Source of the DNA: Macrostomum hystrix
Taxonomy: Eukaryota; Animalia; Platyhelminthes
Direction: 5' to 3'
Length of the DNA stretch: 64,000 nt
Assembly: GCA_950097015.1 (NCBI GenBank)
Contig: CATNEN010000039.1
Coordinates: 5,456,001 to 5,520,000 of the forward strand
In this document: one piece after another, positions 60,301 through 64,000 of the stretch
Numbering within the stretch: position 1 is the stretch's first letter
How the letters are laid out: the number at the start of each line of letters is the position of its first letter
Made by a program: the position numbers and the translations under genes
Notes under the pieces: generated by a model
What the model was told of the DNA's origin: nothing
The model's database searches: none
What the model saw: the letters and a program-made list of their open reading frames with translations, nothing else

Positions 60301-63150
60301 GCACTGAAGGATTAATCTGAGCACTCGCGATCATAATATTTTATATGCAAAATGCCCAAACAAGGACGCTAGAGAATTAAACAATCAAATATAAAGTACT
60401 CTCATAGATAGGATGACAGCTACCAGAGCTCTGCAGGTCGAGCCATGTGACAATCAGCCAACTAAAAAAGAACTACACATTGCAAGGCAAATTTGATTTA
60501 GAACTAAAGCAATGTCTAAAACTTAGTTCATTGGTGCCTCAAGTGTTACCATTACCGCTATATTTACACAGGCATTGAGCCTTTGCAACTATGCCACATA
60601 GGTTGAGGAAGGGGAGCGGACAATAGGGACAATTAATGGTAACAGGTTGGATTTGAACACGTGGCTCTATGTCCATTATTAGTAGGACCAGGTGATAATC
60701 AGTGGAGTAAGGTTGTTAGCGGAGTGATCTGGTCAGTGGAGTGAGGTTGGGGACGGAGTGAGTTTGGTGGCTGAGTGAGGTAGTTAGCGGAGTGAGGTTG
60801 GTGACAGAGTGAAGTGGTGACAGAGTGAGGTTCTTAGCAGAGTGATTTTGTCAGTGGTGTGAGGTTGGTGGCTGAGTGAGGTAGATAGCGGAGTGAGGTT
60901 GGTGACGGAGTGAAGTGGTGACAGAGTGAGGTTCTTAGCAGAGTGATTTTGTCAGTGGAGTGAGGTTGGTGGCTGAGTGAGGTAGATAGCGGAGTGAGGT
61001 TGGTGACGGAGTGAAGTGGTGACAGAGTGAGGTTCTTAGCAGAGTGATTTTGTCAGTGGAGTGAGGTTGGTGGCTGAGTGAGGTAGATAGCGGAGTGAGG
61101 TTGGTGACAGAGTGAAGTGGTGACAGAGTGAGGTTCTTAGCAGAGTGATTTTGTCAGTGGTGTGAGGTGGGTGACGGAGTGAGGTTGGTGGCGGAGTGAG
61201 GTAGTTAGCGGAGTGGGTTATCATTGGAGTGTGGTTATTAGCGAAGTGATTTGGTCTGTGGAGTGAGTTTGATGGGAGATGGGAGATTTGTAAAGAGAGG
61301 AAAAGCCCAGCTGATAAGGCAGAGCGAACTCACGCAATAACAGGCAGTCTGCCAGATGCACCGCCGGCTGCGGAGTAGAAAAAGCTCCAAAAAAGGACCC
61401 GATCTCCTCCCGAAATCACAGAGAAAGTAGCGGCATTGCGATCGGAGCCGCTGGCGTTATTGTAGACAGCGGCCAGGCTGAGAATCCGACCGACGCCGCC
61501 ATCGACGCCGCCGCGGGCACTCTTGGCATCAGTTCTACCCAGGCTGGCTAGCGAGGCAGATTCGAACACTGCGAAGATGGTAAAGAAACTTGAGACCAAA
61601 ACAGATCAAAGAAGCCAGCTAGAGGAAAAACAGAAACTCTTATTTTTAGATCTCGTCTGTCTCTAAATTAAGGAATCTCTTGCTCTTTTAATCCGCTTGA
61701 ACGGACAGCGTGTTGTTCTCCTCAACCCAACACAGACGAAATCAACAAATTAACTACCTCGAGGCCAACGCATCCCCCCTGCATGGAAAAAGCAGATCCT
61801 CTTTGACGAAGGAGAAAAATCAAACGCCGCTTTGATGGGGGTGCCTTCACTAAATCTTCACTGAATCTGCGACTACTAGATTCGTCTCGACTCCAACTCT
61901 TTGTAGCACCTCTGCTGAATGACTTCCAACTTCTGGTCAGGAGTTCGAATCTCAGTCTTAGGTCAGGAAGATTTGTCCTAGAGAAAGACACTTAGTTCCC
62001 CAAGGGTTTGTTTTTGTATTATTTTACTCTGCGAATACTTTTTAAAGTCTACAAATCAAAGCTGCCCAATCAATTTGTTTGCAAAGACTGTCCGCGGAGA
62101 CTCACCCTGCAGGTATGAGGAACCCGCCAGGTAGTCAAACGCTGCAACAAGAATCAGCTCAGCTTCAACAGCCGCCGATGGCCGAATAAGCAGCAGGCAG
62201 TCGCAGATGGAGGTGGCATCCGCAGCCATGTTGGCGGGCCGGTGGACTGCAGCAACCTGGCCTGTGAAGGCGGTCATGAGGGACAGTCGAAGCGGTCATG
62301 AGGGACAGTCGAAGCGGTCATGAGGGACAGTGGAAGCAGTCATGAGGGACAGTGGAAGCAGTCATGAGGGACAGTGGAAGCAGTCATGAGGGACAGTGGA
62401 AGCAGTCATGAGGGACAGTGGAAGCGGTCATGAGGGACAGTGGAAGCAGTCATGAGGGACAGTGGAAGCAGTCATGAGGGACAGTGGAAGCAGTCATGAG
62501 GGACAGTGGAAGCAGTCATGAGGGACAGTGGAAGCGGTCATGAGGGACAGTGGAAGCGGTCATGAGGGACAGTGGAAGCAGTCATGAGGGACAGTGGAAG
62601 CAGTCATGAGGGACAGTGGAAGCGGTCATGAGGGACAGTGGAAGCAGTCATGAGGGACAGTGGAAGCGGTCATGAGGGACAGTGTTAGCGGTCATGAGGG
62701 ACAGTCGAAGCAGTCATGAGGGACAGTGGAAGCGGTCATTAGAGACAGTGGAAGCGGTCATGAGGGACAGTGGAAGCGGTCAAGAGGGACAGTGGAAGCG
62801 GTCATGAGGGACATTGGAAGCTCACCGTCACTGCCTTGAAGCCGCATGCTCGCGCATTTCAACCCTGTGCAGTCCCGATCGGCCAGAACTATTCTGACAG
62901 TCTCATTGTCCTGCGAATCGCCCCGCCGAGTCTTTGATGACGGCAGCATCAGCCGCACAGCTGTCGGCTGTCTCAGACGAAGCCGCGAGCCAGACGTCCC
63001 CGCGGACGTCGACGACAAAGCGGTTAGATGGCAGACCGGCGGTTCAATGAGCCGCGGACTGCCCGACGCTGCGCCGTCCAGTAGGCATAATACGAGCTGC
63101 CCGGAGGCGGAGCAGCCGGCGATGAGCAGACTGCTGCTGCTGCTGCCAAC
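57312..63150 (-). CDS. 5'-incomplete uncharacterised gene, possibly beta-propeller-like, with an acidic tail and a C-terminal CaaX-like motif (CSVA*)
   Basis: Exons 63150-62826, 62261-62106, 61568-61334 and 57549-57312, GT-AG with compatible phases (1, 1, 2). The protein ends ...DDNEDGYEEDEEDYSERAESPQPDAESAQQRRWCSVA*. A candidate AATAAA lies at about 55942-55947 (minus). No start codon identified. Confidence 0.68.
57640..58370. repeat. Degenerate 17-bp intronic minisatellite
   Basis: Unit GTCAGGTGTTTGCGGGT. Confidence 0.92.
58917..60312. repeat. 29-bp intronic minisatellite (about 48 copies)
   Basis: Unit GGATCAGGGGTAACAGCTGATGCA(C/A)TGAA. Confidence 0.97.
60690..61270. repeat. About 17-bp monomers organised as a 101-bp higher-order repeat
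   Basis: The marker AGTGATTTTGTCAG occurs at 60841, 60942, 61043 and 61144. Confidence 0.9.
61900..62000 (+). mobile_element. Degenerate 5' fragment of tRNA/CORE-like SINE family B
   Basis: B box GGAGTTCGAATCTC followed by TTGTCCTAGAGAAAGACACTT. Confidence 0.55.
62270..62821. repeat. 22-bp minisatellite (about 25 copies) making up essentially the whole 564-nt intron
   Basis: Unit GTCATGAGGGACAGTGGAAGC(A/G). The intron runs 62825-62262. Confidence 0.96.
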
Positions 63151-63249
63151 CTTAAATTATATAGTTTAAAGGGGGCTGTGGAAATCAGCACATCATTCTG
63201 TCAAGTGCGTGAACGGATAAACGCATACACCTGCTCTGACTTCCTAATT

Positions 63250-63460
63250 GTCATGGGCAGAGTACACTCTCAATATGCCTTGGAGGTTGACCCCTAAATT
63301 GCACAACAAGTCGTCAAGCCTTCTCTCCGCGGCAGCTCCCCAAAACTCCCCAGCTGTAAAATGAGTACCAGCAAAGGGGAAATATTTTGCTGGGTGTGGC
63401 GGCCTGCCCAGTCCATGGACTGAACAGCTGTACATCAGGCCTAACTGGGCTAGGGGCAAT
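63250..63460. mobile_element. Junction of a family A fragment (minus, 63250-63347) and a family B 3' fragment (plus, 63346-63460)
   Basis: TGCCTTGGAGGTTGACCC and AGCCTTCTCTCCGCGGC match 14353-14414. CCAGCTGTAAAATGAGTACC...GAACAGCTGTACAT...ACTGGGCT matches 32641-32815. Confidence 0.7.
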
Positions 63461-64000
63461 TTCTATTCAATTGATTAACACAGTCTCATCACTGTTGAAA
63501 TTCAGAAGTTATTATGCTGGCTTTGTTTAAGAAAATTATATCTATGAATTCAATTAGTACATATTAAATAAGTAGCACTAGGTTCAGCAGTTTCTCATCT
63601 TCGCAAATTTAGTTTTCATCCCGGCCTGCTTCCGTCGCAGCGTTGCCGGGGAGTGAGGTGGGGGTAAGGCACTCTAGTCGGTGTGTGACGAACGCGTGAT
63701 GTGAGCTGCGTACAATAAGAGGGTTTATACTTCACCCAAAGGTACATTTACTAAGGCCGTTGGTAATTCGTAGAGTGCAAGCAAGACTAAGGCTTGCCCA
63801 CTCTAAGACAGAGCGGACTGTCACAGCAGCTGGGACTAGCAAGACGCACTCCCCCCAGCAGAGAGCTAGTAAGGCAAGGGCTATAGCGATGCCGATTGTA
63901 AGTACTCGTAGTTGAGTTTATTTACTGTTGAGTGCTGCATCAATAGGCAACCGCACAAATATAAACACAGCAGTTGATGTCAAATATGCGTATCTAACAC

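Noticed and set aside
3651-62821. CRISPR array interpretation of the 24-50-bp repeats
   Set aside because: The units are head-to-tail with no unique spacers, there are no cas genes, and the context is eukaryotic.

Overview
Eukaryotic (animal) genomic DNA with spliceosomal introns, GC-rich exons rich in poly-Ala/Gln/Ser codons, and about 30 tandem-repeat arrays that cover roughly 40% of the window (my manual tally is about 26 kb). This style suggests a free-living flatworm such as Macrostomum, which is an inference only. I could assemble five multi-exon genes by hand from GT/AG sites with compatible phases. (1) TRIP12/Ufd4 HECT E3 ligase, + strand, 5500-14798. (2) An unknown ~540-aa protein, - strand, 22652-20318. 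(3) A secreted trypsin-like S1 protease, - strand, 32186-23953, whose first intron is almost entirely a 5.1-kb 24-mer array. (4) A nuclear receptor with no DNA-binding domain that resembles NR0B (DAX-1/SHP), + strand, 34931-41702. (5) A 5'-incomplete gene ending in a CaaX-like motif, - strand, 63150-57312. Mobile elements are two hAT-type MITEs with 8-bp TSDs, a tRNA/CORE-like SINE family (3 copies) and a highly structured SINE-like family (4 copies). The most interesting signal is the NR0B-like locus: a DAX-1-type LYSLL box, a PLDLS motif, a triple half-site DR5-DR5 element and other nuclear-receptor half-sites in its own introns. Most long ORFs in the supplied track are translations of satellites or antisense shadows, not genes.
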